A DNA stretch of 64,000 nucleotides, taken from assembly GCA_963697335.1 (NCBI GenBank), contig CAVONQ010000001.1, positions 21,243-85,242 on the forward strand, read 5' to 3'. The position numbers were made by a program, and so were the translations under genes. How positions within the stretch are numbered: the stretch's first letter is position 1; every line of letters begins with the position of its first letter. This document shows, in pieces, positions 9,363 through 19,372 of this stretch. The stretch comes from an uncultured cyanobacterium. GTDB taxonomy: Bacteria; Cyanobacteriota; Cyanobacteriia; PCC-6307; Cyanobiaceae. The notes below the pieces were generated by a model. It ran no database searches, was not told the origin of the DNA, and saw only the letters and a program-made list of their open reading frames with translations.

Positions 9363-11348
9363 ATGAACCCTCGTCAGCCTCCAGAGCCCCTGCCGGCGGA
9401 CACCGCGGTCGGCCGCAGCGCCAGCTTTCTCGAGCCCCGCCTCTGGGGCCCGCACCGGCTCTGGCTGGAGCAACGGCCCCAGGAGCAGGGCCGCACCACC
9501 CTGTTGCTGCGCTGCGGCGACGACGGCCCGGTGATCGAGCTCACGCCAGCGCCCTGGAACCTGCGCAGCCGCCTGCATGGCTATGGCGGCGGGGCCTATG
9601 CGATCGGGGATGGCGAACTGGTGTTCGTGCACGACGGCGATCGCTGCCTCTGGCACCTGCGCCTCGACCCGGCCTCGGGACGCCCCCTGGCGGCACCGCG
9701 GCGCCTGACGCCGCCCGACCGGGGCGATGGCTCCGGTCAGGATGGCCCCGGTCCGAATGGTCCCGTTCTCGCCGACGGGCTGATCGACCCGGGGCGCCAG
9801 CGCTGGATCGGAGTGCTGGAGCAGGGCGGCCACGACCAGCTGGTGAGCGTGCCCCTCGCGGGCCCCCTGACGGGAGGCCAGCCGCCCCAGCCGCTCCACC
9901 AGGCCGAGGACTTCTGCGCCTACCCCTGCCTGAGTCCCGATGGCAGCCAGCTCGCCTGGGTGGAGTGGCAGCAGCCGTTCATGCCCTGGCAGCGCAGCCA
10001 GCTCTGGCTGGCGGAACTGGATGGGCAGGGAACGCTGCTGCAGCCGCGCGTTGTGGCGGGTTCGGGGCCTGACGATCCCCGGGGGATCTCGGTGTTCCAG
10101 CCCCTCTGGATCGGCCCCCAGGCGCTCGTGGTGGCCTCCGATGAGAGCGGCTGGTGGAACCTGCAGCGGCTCGACACAGCCCAGCCGGCCCCCCCGCGCT
10201 GGCAGCCACTGCTGCCGCTGCAGGCCGAGTTCGCCCTGCCCCAGTGGGTGAGCGGCCTGCGCACCAGCGCCTGGGATGGCTCCGTGCTGGTGGCGGCGGC
10301 CTGTCGGGCCGGCTGCTGGGAGCTGGGCCAGGTGGTCCTGGAAGGGCCTGCGGCCGGCAGCGCCGCGGCCTGGCAGCCACTGGCCGTGCCCTTTGACGAT
10401 CTGGCGGGCCTGGATGCCGCCGGCGGCACCGTGCTCGCCCTGGCCAGCCATCCCACCACCCCCCAGGGGTTGCTGGAGCTGGAGCTGGCCAGCGGCAGCT
10501 GGCGCCACACCCCCGCGGCACCCGCCCCCCTCACCGCCGAGCAGATCGAGGCACCCCGGGCCCTCTGGTTCGAGGGCCACGGCGGGGCCCGCACCCATGC
10601 CTGGTTCCATCCGCCCAGGGGAGGCGCCACCGCCGCTTCGCCCCTGCTGGTGAAGGGCCACAGCGGCCCCACCGGCATGGCCCGCCGGGGCCTGCAGCTG
10701 GCCATCCAGTTCTGGACCAGCCGCGGCTGGGGGGTGGTGGACGTGAACTACGGCGGCTCCACCGGCTTCGGCCGCGCCTACCGGGAGCGGCTCGATGGCC
10801 AGTGGGGGGTGGTGGATGTGGCCGACTGCGCCGCTGCGGCCGAGGCCCTGGTGGCCGCCGGGGCAGCCAGCGGCCAGCGGATTGCCATTGAAGGTGGCAG
10901 CGCCGGTGGCTTCACGGCCCTGGCGGCCCTCTGCTTCACCGAGGTGTTCCAGGCCGGCGCCAGCCGTTACGGGGTGGCCGATCCGGCGGCCCTGGCACGG
11001 CACAGCCATCGCTTCGAGGCGCGTTATCTCGACGGGCTGATCGGACCCTGGCCCGAAGCCGAGGCCACCTATCGGGCCAGGTCTCCCCTGGAACACGCCG
11101 GGCAGATCCACTGCCCGGTGATCTTCTTTCAGGGCCTCGAGGACACCGTGGTGCCACCCGAGCAGACCGACAGGATGGCGGCCGCCCTGGACGCCCGGGG
11201 GGTGCCGGTGGAGGTGCACCGCTTCGCCGGCGAAGGCCATGGCTTCCGCAGCGGCAGCGTGCAGGTGCAGGTGCTGGAGGCCACGGAGGCCTTCTTCAGG
11301 CGTCACTTTGCATTACAGGCCCTTCAGTCCCACGGACGAATGGGGTGA
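9363..11348 (+). CDS. S9 family serine peptidase (prolyl oligopeptidase/acylaminoacyl-peptidase type)
   Basis: N-terminal propeller-like region followed by a C-terminal alpha/beta hydrolase. The nucleophile elbow is GGSAGGF and the later acid/His region is GLEDTVVP...GEGHGF. The start is the internal ATG at 9363. Confidence 0.85.
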   Translation: MNPRQPPEPLPADTAVGRSASFLEPRLWGPHRLWLEQRPQEQGRTTLLLRCGDDGPVIELTPAPWNLRSRLHGYGGGAYAIGDGELVFVHDGDRCLWHLRLDPASGRPLAAPRRLTPPDRGDGSGQDGPGPNGPVLADGLIDPGRQRWIGVLEQGGHDQLVSVPLAGPLTGGQPPQPLHQAEDFCAYPCLSPDGSQLAWVEWQQPFMPWQRSQLWLAELDGQGTLLQPRVVAGSGPDDPRGISVFQPLWIGPQALVVASDESGWWNLQRLDTAQPAPPRWQPLLPLQAEFALPQWVSGLRTSAWDGSVLVAAACRAGCWELGQVVLEGPAAGSAAAWQPLAVPFDDLAGLDAAGGTVLALASHPTTPQGLLELELASGSWRHTPAAPAPLTAEQIEAPRALWFEGHGGARTHAWFHPPRGGATAASPLLVKGHSGPTGMARRGLQLAIQFWTSRGWGVVDVNYGGSTGFGRAYRERLDGQWGVVDVADCAAAAEALVAAGAASGQRIAIEGGSAGGFTALAALCFTEVFQAGASRYGVADPAALARHSHRFEARYLDGLIGPWPEAEATYRARSPLEHAGQIHCPVIFFQGLEDTVVPPEQTDRMAAALDARGVPVEVHRFAGEGHGFRSGSVQVQVLEATEAFFRRHFALQALQSHGRMG

Positions 11349-11386
11349 CGCCGGCTAGCAACGGTTCAGCCCCGTCACTCCTCCCC

Positions 11387-11944
11387 ATGTCCCGCCTGCT
11401 GCGCTGGGGCCTTGCCCTGGCCCTGGGCTCCGCTCTCCTGATCGCGGGCCTGCTGCTGCTGCCGTTCTCGGAATGGATGCCCGGCGGCACGGTGGGCGAC
11501 ATCCCCACCAGCACCGTGGTGAACGGCAGCGCCTTCAACCGCCTGTTCCCCACCCCGGGCCCCGGCGAGGAGTTGGTGTTCACCCAGGAAAAGCGGGGCT
11601 TCAGCCAGGCCCGCCTCAAGCAGGGGGGCGAGGCCCTGGCCCTGCTGGCCATCTCCGACACCACGACAGCCCCTGAGGCTCGTCAGAAGTTCGAGTCCAG
11701 CGCCGACACGCTCAAAGGCTGGCCGCTGGTGGAGCAGGGCCAGCAGGCCAGCGCCCTGCTGGTGGCCGAGCGCTTCCAGGTGAAGGTGATCGGCCAGGAA
11801 AAGGGGCTGGACCTGGCCCAGCGCCATGAGCTGCTGGAGGCCTTCGACCTGCCCGGCCTGGCCGCCCTGCCCCAGCCCAAGGGGAACCGCCAGGTCCTCA
11901 AACCGGCCCGGCCGGCGCTCAACCCCGCCCCGAACCCCGCATGA
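11387..11944 (+). CDS. Hypothetical exported/membrane-anchored protein
   Basis: N-terminal hydrophobic signal MSRLLRWGLALALGSALLIAGLLLL. The stop overlaps the next gene's start (ATGA at 11941-11944). Confidence 0.5.
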   Translation: MSRLLRWGLALALGSALLIAGLLLLPFSEWMPGGTVGDIPTSTVVNGSAFNRLFPTPGPGEELVFTQEKRGFSQARLKQGGEALALLAISDTTTAPEARQKFESSADTLKGWPLVEQGQQASALLVAERFQVKVIGQEKGLDLAQRHELLEAFDLPGLAALPQPKGNRQVLKPARPALNPAPNPA

Positions 11945-12828
11945 GCCGCACCGTTCTGGAACGACTGGAGCGCCTGCCCCGGCGCAACCTCACGGTGCTG
12001 GCCCTCAAGGGCATCAGCACCCTGGTGCCAGGGAGCTGGCAGAACACCACCCAGCCCGATGTGCTGATTGCCGAGGTGCTGGGCAGCACCGATCCGCAGC
12101 TGATCGCCCAGGTGCGTGCCCGCGCCGACACCCTCAGCCGCGCCCGCCATGAGGGCTATGGCCGCGCCCTGAGCCTCTACGACGCCGTCAACCGATCCCA
12201 GAAGGCCACCGGTGGCCTGCGGCTGGCGGCCAACATCGGCGCCGCCCTGCCCCTGGTCAAGGGCCTGGCCAACCTCACCCCCGCCAGCGACACCCTGCAG
12301 GCCACCGACCTGGCCCTCAAGGTGTCGGCCGAACTGCTGGCCTTCACCCAGGTGAACGGCCTGCCAGGAGACAGCTTCGGCGACTTCAGCGCCTCCCTGG
12401 CCGACTACGCCGGCGATGCCCGGGTGCGGATGGCGGCCATGCTCTGCTTCGACGCCCTGCTGCCCCTGGGCGATCGGGCCCTGGAGCGCCTCGACGGCCT
12501 GCTGGGCCAGGTGGGCAGTGGCGATCTCAACCAACTGCCGGGCTACCGGGCCATGGCGCCCCTGATCCCCGGCCGCGGCGAGCAGGCCCACCTGGGCTTC
12601 CTGCGGCGGGGTGTGGACTCCTGGCTGGGCTGGGCCGGGGGCTTCGTGAGCAGCCTCGGCCTCAGCGGCCAGAAGGCCGTGCAGGCCCTAGAGGGCAGCC
12701 TCGGGCCCTGGCAGGGGCGCTTCGAGCAGCTGGCCACCTTCCTGGACGCCTTCACTGACACCTACCAGCACACCGGCACCCAGGCCGTGGCCAGAAGGCT
12801 GGTGGAGCGCGCCGCCGCCGAGATCTGA
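11941..12828 (+). CDS. Hypothetical protein (295 aa, helical by composition)
   Basis: The long ORF fills the gap exactly and is translationally coupled to the upstream gene. I recognise no family. Confidence 0.5.
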   Translation: MSRTVLERLERLPRRNLTVLALKGISTLVPGSWQNTTQPDVLIAEVLGSTDPQLIAQVRARADTLSRARHEGYGRALSLYDAVNRSQKATGGLRLAANIGAALPLVKGLANLTPASDTLQATDLALKVSAELLAFTQVNGLPGDSFGDFSASLADYAGDARVRMAAMLCFDALLPLGDRALERLDGLLGQVGSGDLNQLPGYRAMAPLIPGRGEQAHLGFLRRGVDSWLGWAGGFVSSLGLSGQKAVQALEGSLGPWQGRFEQLATFLDAFTDTYQHTGTQAVARRLVERAAAEI

Positions 12829-12891
12829 GGCCCTCACCGGACCCGAAACCGGACCCTAGGATCCCCGTGCCAGCCAGATCCGGCTGACGTC

Positions 12892-14307
12892 ATGGGCCTG
12901 CAGGCGTTGGTGAGCTCGGAACTGATCGCGTGGGGTTCGACAGTTCTCGGGGCCGGAGGATTGCTGCTTCTTGAACGGGGCGCCTGGCTGGTGCTGGCCC
13001 TGGGCCTGCTGGCTGTGCTGCTGCTGGTGGCCGGCTGGGTGGCCCGGCGCCTGTCGCTGATGGTATGGGGCATTCCAGAGGCGCTGCTGGCCGGGGTGCT
13101 CGGCCTGCTGCTGGCGCCTGCGGGAGTTCTGCCCTGGTTGCCCCAGCCGGTGATGGACATCTGGGCAGAGCTGCCCCAGGTGCTGCTCACCCTCGTGTTC
13201 GCCTGCCTGATGCTGGGCAAGCCCCTGCCCACCCTGGCCGGGCTGTGGCGGCCGGTATCGGGCCAGGTGTCCCTGGCGCTGGTGCTCGCCTTTGGCCAGT
13301 ACCTGGTGGGGGGCCTGGTGGTGCTGTGGATCCTCGAACCGCGACTGGGGGTGAGCCCGGTGATGGCCTGCCTGATTGAGGTGGCCTTCGAAGGTGGGCA
13401 CGGCTCCGCCGCCGCCATGGGGCCGAGTTACGCGGCCCTCGGCTTCCCCGGAGGCCAGGCCCTGGGGCTCACCCTGGCCTCCGCCGGGCTGGTGGCCTCC
13501 ACCCTGGTGGGGGGCCTGGTGGTGCTGCTGGGCCGGCAGCGTGGCTGGCTCACGATCGACGCCGCCAGCATCAGCGAGCTGCCTCGCACCGGCAGCCTCG
13601 AACCCAAGCCACACCCTGGCGCCGCCGCCTGGCTGGTGAATCTGGCCCTCTCGGGCTGTGCCGTGCTGGTGGGGCTGGCCCTGCTGGGGCTGCTGCGGCT
13701 GGGTGGCGCCCTGGTGGGGGGCGGCATCGACACCGTGGTGGAAGACCTGCCGGTGTTCCCCTTCGCCATCGTGGGATCGCTGCTGGTGCGACTGCTGCTG
13801 GAGCGCACCGGCCAGGCCGGCCGGGCCTCGGCGCCGGTGCAGACGCGGCTCAGCACCCTCTCCGCCGACCTGCTGATCACCGCCGCCACCGCCGGGCTGG
13901 ACCTGGCCTTGCTTCGCGCCGACTGGCTGCCCCTCTCGGTGCTGATCGGCGCTGGCCTGGTCTGGAACCTGGCGGTGGTGCTGCTGCTGGCACCACGGAT
14001 CCTGCCCCGCGACTGGTTTGAGCGGGCCGTGATCGAGTTCGGCCAGGCCACGGGGGTGGCGGCCAGTGGTCTGGTGCTACTCCACATGGCCGATCCCTTT
14101 GACCGCAGCACCGCCCTGCAGGCCTTTTCGATCAAGCAACTGATGCTGCAGCCGTTTCTGGCGGGGGGGGTGATCACCGTGGTGGCGCCCCTGGCCGTGG
14201 CCGGCTGGGGGCTGGCCACCTGGACTGGACTCTGTCTGGCGCTGGTGCTCGTGTTCGCCACCACGGGAATTGTGCTGGCCGGAGCACGGCCCCAGCTCCC
14301 GGCCTGA
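12892..14307 (+). CDS. Sodium/glutamate symporter (GltS) family transporter
   Basis: 471-aa polytopic membrane protein with about 10-12 hydrophobic segments. The IEVAFEGGHGSAAAMG motif resembles the GltS family signature. Confidence 0.6.
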   Translation: MGLQALVSSELIAWGSTVLGAGGLLLLERGAWLVLALGLLAVLLLVAGWVARRLSLMVWGIPEALLAGVLGLLLAPAGVLPWLPQPVMDIWAELPQVLLTLVFACLMLGKPLPTLAGLWRPVSGQVSLALVLAFGQYLVGGLVVLWILEPRLGVSPVMACLIEVAFEGGHGSAAAMGPSYAALGFPGGQALGLTLASAGLVASTLVGGLVVLLGRQRGWLTIDAASISELPRTGSLEPKPHPGAAAWLVNLALSGCAVLVGLALLGLLRLGGALVGGGIDTVVEDLPVFPFAIVGSLLVRLLLERTGQAGRASAPVQTRLSTLSADLLITAATAGLDLALLRADWLPLSVLIGAGLVWNLAVVLLLAPRILPRDWFERAVIEFGQATGVAASGLVLLHMADPFDRSTALQAFSIKQLMLQPFLAGGVITVVAPLAVAGWGLATWTGLCLALVLVFATTGIVLAGARPQLPA

Positions 14308-14333
14308 GAGCGAGCGGCCGAGCCCGCGCGGGA

Positions 14334-15008
14334 TCAGGCCCGCCCCTGCTCGCCGTAGTGGAGAGCGGCCATGGTGTGCGCCACCCGGGCCATCTCCTCG
14401 GCCGAGAGCTGGGGCGGTTCGCCCAGCTGCAGGGCCTGCAGGTACATGTGGGCGAGGGTTTCCACCTCGATCGCCAGGCCCAGCGCCTGCTCGGGGCTGT
14501 CACCCAGGGTCACCTGGCCGTGCTGGGCCAGCAGGCAGGCGCGGCGCCCGCTCAGGGCCTGCAGGGCGAGATCGGAAAGCTGCTGGCTGCCGAAGGTGGC
14601 GTAGGGAGCGCAGCGGATGTCCGGCCCCCCAGCCATCACCACCATGTAGTGGAACGGGGGAAGCCCGCGACCATGGCAGGCCAGGGCGGTGGCCTGGATC
14701 GAATGGCAGTGCACCACCGCATTCAGCTCCGGCCGGCTGCGCAGCAGGTCCGCATGCAGCCGCCACTCTGAGGAGGGTCGCAGGCCCTCCGCACGCGGCA
14801 CGGCATCCAGGGGCTGGCCCTGGAGATCGATGGCGCACAGGTCGGCGGGCTCCATCCGTTCGTAGGGCGTGCCACTGGGAGTGATCAGCAGGCCCCCGGG
14901 GATCCGGGCTGAGAGGTTGCCGGAGGTTCCCTGGTTGATCCCCGCGCTGTTCATCCGTCGGGCCGCCAGCACCAGGGCCTGGCGCAGCTCGAGCTCCGGG
15001 CTGGCCAT
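14334..15008 (-). CDS. mtnB: Class II aldolase/adducin family protein, probable methylthioribulose-1-phosphate dehydratase
   Basis: Typical N-terminus (LRQALVLAARRMNSAGINQGTSGNLSAR) and metal-binding His region (VVHCHS). It lies directly downstream of mtnA. The start is the internal ATG at 15008. Confidence 0.7.
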   Translation of the reverse strand: MASPELELRQALVLAARRMNSAGINQGTSGNLSARIPGGLLITPSGTPYERMEPADLCAIDLQGQPLDAVPRAEGLRPSSEWRLHADLLRSRPELNAVVHCHSIQATALACHGRGLPPFHYMVVMAGGPDIRCAPYATFGSQQLSDLALQALSGRRACLLAQHGQVTLGDSPEQALGLAIEVETLAHMYLQALQLGEPPQLSAEEMARVAHTMAALHYGEQGRA

Positions 15009-15033
15009 GGGTGGGGGCGCAGGAATCCCGAGG

Positions 15034-16230
15034 CTAGAGACCAGCGGAGCTGGCCTCCGGCGAACGTCCCGCGCCGCCCGAACTGCCCGCGCCGCCCAAG
15101 TTTCCATAGAGCCCCAGCAGGCCGGCCTCGCTGGCCGGGGCCACGCCCCGCTCGGTGATCAGGGCTGTCACCAACCGGGCCGGTGTGACGTCGAAGGCCG
15201 GATTGAAGCCCTCGCTGCCAGCAGGAGTGAGGGCCACCGTGGCGTGCTCCATGGCCGCGGACTCTCCAGCAGCGGCGCTGGTGCCCCTGTTCAGCAGGCG
15301 ACCGCTGATCTGGGTCACCTCACTGCCGGAGCGGGCCTCGATCGGAATCTCCGCGAGGCCGTCGCGCAGGCTCCAGTCGATGGTGGAGCCCGGCAGGGCC
15401 ACGTAAAAGGGCACGCCGTTGTCGTGGGCGGCGAGGGCCTTGAGGTAGGTGCCGATCTTGTTGCACACATCGCCGCTGCGGGTGGTGCGATCGGTGCCCA
15501 CGATCACGGCGTCCACCAGACCGTGCTGCATCAGGTGGCCGCCGGCGTTGTCCACGATCACGGTGTGGGGCACCCCCTCCCGACCCAGCTCGAAGGCGGT
15601 GAGGCTGGCGCCCTGGTTGCGCGGCCTGGTCTCGTCCACCCACACGTGCAGGTCCAGGCCAGCGCGGTGGGCCTTGTAGATCGGCGCCAGGGCCGTGCCC
15701 CAGTCCACCGTGGCCAGCCAGCCGGCATTGCAGTGGGTGAGCACCTGGAACGGCCGCCCCTGGCGTTCGACCGCTCGGCCGGCGGCCAAGGCCTCAAACA
15801 GCGCCAGGCCGTGGTCGCCGATGGCCGCGCACATGGCCACGTCCTCCTCGGCGATCGCCGCGGCCTCGAGGCGCGCGGCCTCGGCCCGTTCCTGCTCCGG
15901 CAAGGCCTCCACCCGCTGGCGCACCCGCTGCAGCGCCCAGCGCAGGTTCACGGCCGTGGGCCGGGTGGCGTTGAGCTGCTCGTAGGCCTGGGCCAGAGCG
16001 GCGTCGCTGGGGTCAGCCTGCAGGGCCAGCATCAGGCCATAGGCACCGGTGACACCGATCAGGGGCGCTCCCCGCACCACCATGCTGCGGATCGCCTCGG
16101 CCGCCGCGTCACAGCTGCTGAGCTGGCGGCTGGTGAAGCGGTGGGGCAGCAGGGTCTGGTCGATGACTCCCACCGAGCGCCCACCTGGCTCCAGCCAGAT
16201 GGTGCGCCAGGCCTGGCCGTCAATGTTCAT
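15034..16230 (-). CDS. mtnA: S-methyl-5-thioribose-1-phosphate isomerase
   Basis: eIF-2B alpha/beta/delta-like family. Recognised segments: LPHRF...VRGAPLIGVTGAYG and GTDRTTRSGDVCNKIGTY. Confidence 0.85.
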   Translation of the reverse strand: MNIDGQAWRTIWLEPGGRSVGVIDQTLLPHRFTSRQLSSCDAAAEAIRSMVVRGAPLIGVTGAYGLMLALQADPSDAALAQAYEQLNATRPTAVNLRWALQRVRQRVEALPEQERAEAARLEAAAIAEEDVAMCAAIGDHGLALFEALAAGRAVERQGRPFQVLTHCNAGWLATVDWGTALAPIYKAHRAGLDLHVWVDETRPRNQGASLTAFELGREGVPHTVIVDNAGGHLMQHGLVDAVIVGTDRTTRSGDVCNKIGTYLKALAAHDNGVPFYVALPGSTIDWSLRDGLAEIPIEARSGSEVTQISGRLLNRGTSAAAGESAAMEHATVALTPAGSEGFNPAFDVTPARLVTALITERGVAPASEAGLLGLYGNLGGAGSSGGAGRSPEASSAGL

Positions 16231-16856
16231 CGTTGGGAGGGGAAGGGGGGTGAGCAGGCGCTGTAGCCCAGCTGCTGGAAATCAGCCTGATACATGCGGC
16301 TGAGCGACTCAAGCGCAGCGCCATCGAGATCGGCCTCCCGATAGTGCTGCTTCGAGGCATTGATCCGCGGCGCACCCGCCTCGAGCCGGGCGTCCACACC
16401 CAGCAGCGTCAGCAGGGTGTTGACATCGTCGGCAAAGCGCTCGAACCGACCCAGGAACTGGGGCTGAACAGGCCTGATGCGCCTGAACTGGGGCACGAAG
16501 CCCGCATGCCGGCGGTAGAGATCCTGGGCCTGCAGGGCCTCCACCACCTGCGGCAGGCTGGGCTTCTCATCCAGCAGCCAAAGCCGAAAGCTGGAGATCA
16601 CACCCCGGTGGGCCGGCTGCCGGTAGCGGCGTTCATGGCGCACCGCCATGTCCACGTAGTAGTTGCAGGCGCTGATGAAGCGGTCCACCGGATGCCGCAC
16701 GAACGTGAAGCGGAACCAGCGCTGCCAGTCACCGGGCAGTCCCTTGCTGGAGTGGTGCTGATGGCGGTGGGGGAAGCCGAGCAGGCGCTCGATGGTCTGC
16801 CCCCCGGTCTTGGGAATGTGCAGGAACAGCGCCTTGCGCTCGGGAAGCAACAACAT
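16227..16856 (-). CDS. Sulfotransferase family protein
   Basis: The N-terminal PAPS-binding-type motif LFLHIPKTGGQTIERLLG resembles sulfotransferase family 2. The stop overlaps the mtnA start (ATGA). Confidence 0.6.
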   Translation of the reverse strand: MLLLPERKALFLHIPKTGGQTIERLLGFPHRHQHHSSKGLPGDWQRWFRFTFVRHPVDRFISACNYYVDMAVRHERRYRQPAHRGVISSFRLWLLDEKPSLPQVVEALQAQDLYRRHAGFVPQFRRIRPVQPQFLGRFERFADDVNTLLTLLGVDARLEAGAPRINASKQHYREADLDGAALESLSRMYQADFQQLGYSACSPPFPSQR

Positions 16857-16888
16857 GGAGGAGTGGAGAAGGGCCCGGCAGCCCGATC

Positions 16889-18226
16889 TCAGCTGTGCTC
16901 CCGCAGAAAGGCGATCGTGCCCTCCAGTTCCTCGGCGAAGCGGTCGATCTCCTCGGGGGAGGTGGTGAAACTGAGACTGGCCCGCGCCGAGCCGGGGATC
17001 CCATAGAGCCGATGCAGCGGTTGGGTGCAGTGGTGGCCACTGCGGATGCAGATCCCGGCCGAATCGAGCAGGGCCGCCAGATCATTGGCGTGCAGGCCCT
17101 CCACGGTGAAGGCGGCGAGGGCACCGCGATCGGGCTGCTGGTCCGGGGTGGGCCCCAGAATCGTCACCCCGTCGATGGCCTTGAGCCGCTCGAACAGACG
17201 GCGTGTGAGCTGTTGCTCCCAGCGGTGGATCCGCTCCAGGCCGATCGATTGCAGGTAGTCGAGGGCCGCCCCCATGCCAATGGCCTCGCCGATGGCCGGG
17301 GTACCAGCCTCGAACTTGTGGGGCAGTTCAGCCCAGCTGCTGTGGTCGAGAAACACGTCCTGGATCATCTCACCGCCCCCCAGGAAGGGGGGCATGGCCT
17401 CCAGCAGGGCCTCGCGGGCCCAGAGGAAGCCCATGCCCGTGGGACCGCACAGCTTGTGGGAGCTGCCCACGAGGAAGTCGCAATCGAGGCGAGCCACATC
17501 CACGCTCAGGTGGGCCAGGCTCTGGCAGGCATCCACGAGCAGCAGCGCCCCCACGGCATGGGCCAGGGGCGCAATCTCAGCGATCGGCGTGAGACAGCCG
17601 AGGGTGTTGCTCACGTGCACCAGGCTCACCAGCCGGGTGCGGTCGTTCAGCTGGGCGCGCAGATCGTCGAGGTCGAGCTCGCCGGTGGCCGTGAGGCCCA
17701 CATGGCGCAGCACACAGCCGGTGCGGGCCGCCAGCAACTGCCAGGGCACCAGGTTGCTGTGGTGCTCCATCACCGAGAGCAGAATCTCATCGCCCGGCTT
17801 GAGATTGGCCTCGCCCCAGGTGCGAGCCACCAGGTTGATCGCCTCGCTGGCATTGCGGGTGAACACGATCTCCCGGGGGCTGGCCGCTCCTACAAAGGCG
17901 GCCGTCTTGGTCCTGGCGCCCTCAAAACCCTCAGTGGCCCTGGCGCTCAGCTGGTGGGCGCCGCGGTGCACGTTGGCGTTGTCATGGTCGTAGTAGCGCT
18001 GCAGGGCCGCCAGCACCTGGCGTGGCTTCTGGCTCGTGGCGGCGTGATCGAGATAGATCAGCGGCTGGCCCAGGCAGGCCGTCTGGGCGAGCAGGGGAAA
18101 GTCCGGCCGCGTCAGCAGGGCCAGGTTGTCAGGCGCCATCCCGGCCGGCTCCGCTCCGGCAGGGCTGGAGAGCGGGGCGCTGTCGGGACTGGCGGCAGCC
18201 TTGGCGATGGCGGAGGTGATCGGCAT
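16889..18226 (-). CDS. sufS: Cysteine desulfurase SufS
   Basis: Class V aminotransferase with the PLP lysine context SSHKLCGPTGMGFLW and the catalytic Cys loop RSGHHCTQPL. It is the last gene of sufBCDS. Confidence 0.9.
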   Translation of the reverse strand: MPITSAIAKAAASPDSAPLSSPAGAEPAGMAPDNLALLTRPDFPLLAQTACLGQPLIYLDHAATSQKPRQVLAALQRYYDHDNANVHRGAHQLSARATEGFEGARTKTAAFVGAASPREIVFTRNASEAINLVARTWGEANLKPGDEILLSVMEHHSNLVPWQLLAARTGCVLRHVGLTATGELDLDDLRAQLNDRTRLVSLVHVSNTLGCLTPIAEIAPLAHAVGALLLVDACQSLAHLSVDVARLDCDFLVGSSHKLCGPTGMGFLWAREALLEAMPPFLGGGEMIQDVFLDHSSWAELPHKFEAGTPAIGEAIGMGAALDYLQSIGLERIHRWEQQLTRRLFERLKAIDGVTILGPTPDQQPDRGALAAFTVEGLHANDLAALLDSAGICIRSGHHCTQPLHRLYGIPGSARASLSFTTSPEEIDRFAEELEGTIAFLREHS

Positions 18227-18232
18227 GGAGCT

Positions 18233-19372
18233 TCAGGCTTCTCCCAGCAGGCTCTGGAGGGGGCGATGGCGGGCTGCGGCGGCGGGCAGCTCGCGCAGCA
18301 CCTCCTCGCAGAAGCCGCGCTTGAGCAGGGCGGCGGCCTGGTCGGCGGCGATGCCACGGCTCTGAAGGTAGAAGAGCTCCTCGCGCTGCAGGCGACTCAC
18401 GGTGGCGCCGTGGGCACACTTGACGTCATCGGCCACGATCTCCAGTTCGGGCTTGGTGTCAATCCTGGCGCGGTCGGAGAGCAGCAGGGTGCGACTCAAC
18501 TGGGCCGCATTGGTCTGCTGCGCCGCCCGGGGCACCTGCACCGCGCCGTTGAACACGCTGCGGCCGCGACCATCGGCCACGGCCTTGTGCAGCTGGTCGA
18601 GCGTGCCGGCCGGGCCCTCGAAGCGCACATGGCTGTGGGTGTCGGCCACTTGCTCGCCATCCACCAGCTGCAGGCCCCGCAGGCAGGCGTGGGCGGCACC
18701 CTCGGTCTGCACCAGACGGGGCTCGTGGCGCAGCAGGGCCCAGCCGGAGCTGGCGTTCACCAGCTTGAGCTGGCTGCCGGGGGCCTGGCGCACGGCCGTG
18801 TGGGCCAGCAGGGTGGCCTGGCCGCCCTGGCCGATGGCCAGGTTGCCGAGGTTGAGGCGACTGTCGGCCGCCATCACCACTTCAATCACCAGGCTCAGGG
18901 CCTGGGCTCCGGCGGCGGCGATCAGCAGAAAGAGGTCGAGGCTCGCCCCCGGCTCCAGCAGCAGCAGCAGCCGCCGGGCCCGCAGGCCCTCGCCGTCGCC
19001 GGCCTGCCACAGCAACTCGAGCGGATCGGCCTTGCCGCTCACCCGCAGGGCCAGCAGGGCTGGATCAGCGCCGGCATTGAGCCGCACCGGCCAGTGCTCA
19101 CTGCAGCCGGTGGCCGCCAGCGAGCGGCCCTGCTCGGCAGCCGCCGCTTCGGCGGAGAGGCGGCTGATGCCGGACGGCAGTGGCTCCAGATCCCAGCCAC
19201 TGGCCATGGGATCAGCGAGGCGCTGGGGCAGGGTCTGCAACGCCGACAGATCGGTGAAGCGCCAGTCCTCCTGCTGGCGGGTGGGCAGCGCTGCCCCGGC
19301 CAGGGCACTGAGCCAGGCCTCGCTGGAAGCGGTGGCGGTAGGGGCCACGGGGGCCTGGGAGCTGGCAACCAT
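18233..19372 (-). CDS. sufD: Fe-S cluster assembly protein SufD
   Basis: Positioned between sufC and sufS. The C-terminal SufB/SufD domain shows KPELEIVADDVKCAHGATVSRL and LFYLQSRGI. Confidence 0.85.
   Translation of the reverse strand: MVASSQAPVAPTATASSEAWLSALAGAALPTRQQEDWRFTDLSALQTLPQRLADPMASGWDLEPLPSGISRLSAEAAAAEQGRSLAATGCSEHWPVRLNAGADPALLALRVSGKADPLELLWQAGDGEGLRARRLLLLLEPGASLDLFLLIAAAGAQALSLVIEVVMAADSRLNLGNLAIGQGGQATLLAHTAVRQAPGSQLKLVNASSGWALLRHEPRLVQTEGAAHACLRGLQLVDGEQVADTHSHVRFEGPAGTLDQLHKAVADGRGRSVFNGAVQVPRAAQQTNAAQLSRTLLLSDRARIDTKPELEIVADDVKCAHGATVSRLQREELFYLQSRGIAADQAAALLKRGFCEEVLRELPAAAARHRPLQSLLGEA

Noticed and set aside
9327-11306. 659-aa minus-strand ORF.
   Set aside because: It is antisense to the S9 peptidase, which has the GGSAGGF nucleophile. 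The composition is low complexity and I see no recognisable domain.
14869-16266. 465-aa plus-strand ORF. The same applies to similar long ORFs at 20841-22232, 26220-27599, 49530-50939, 51726-52925, 61963-62961, 11683-12591 and 13428-14264.
   Set aside because: Each lies antisense to a gene with clear family motifs or a better coding pattern (mtnA, sufB/ftrC, DUF4912, hflX, prx/anmK, xseA, the unknown pair, gltS).
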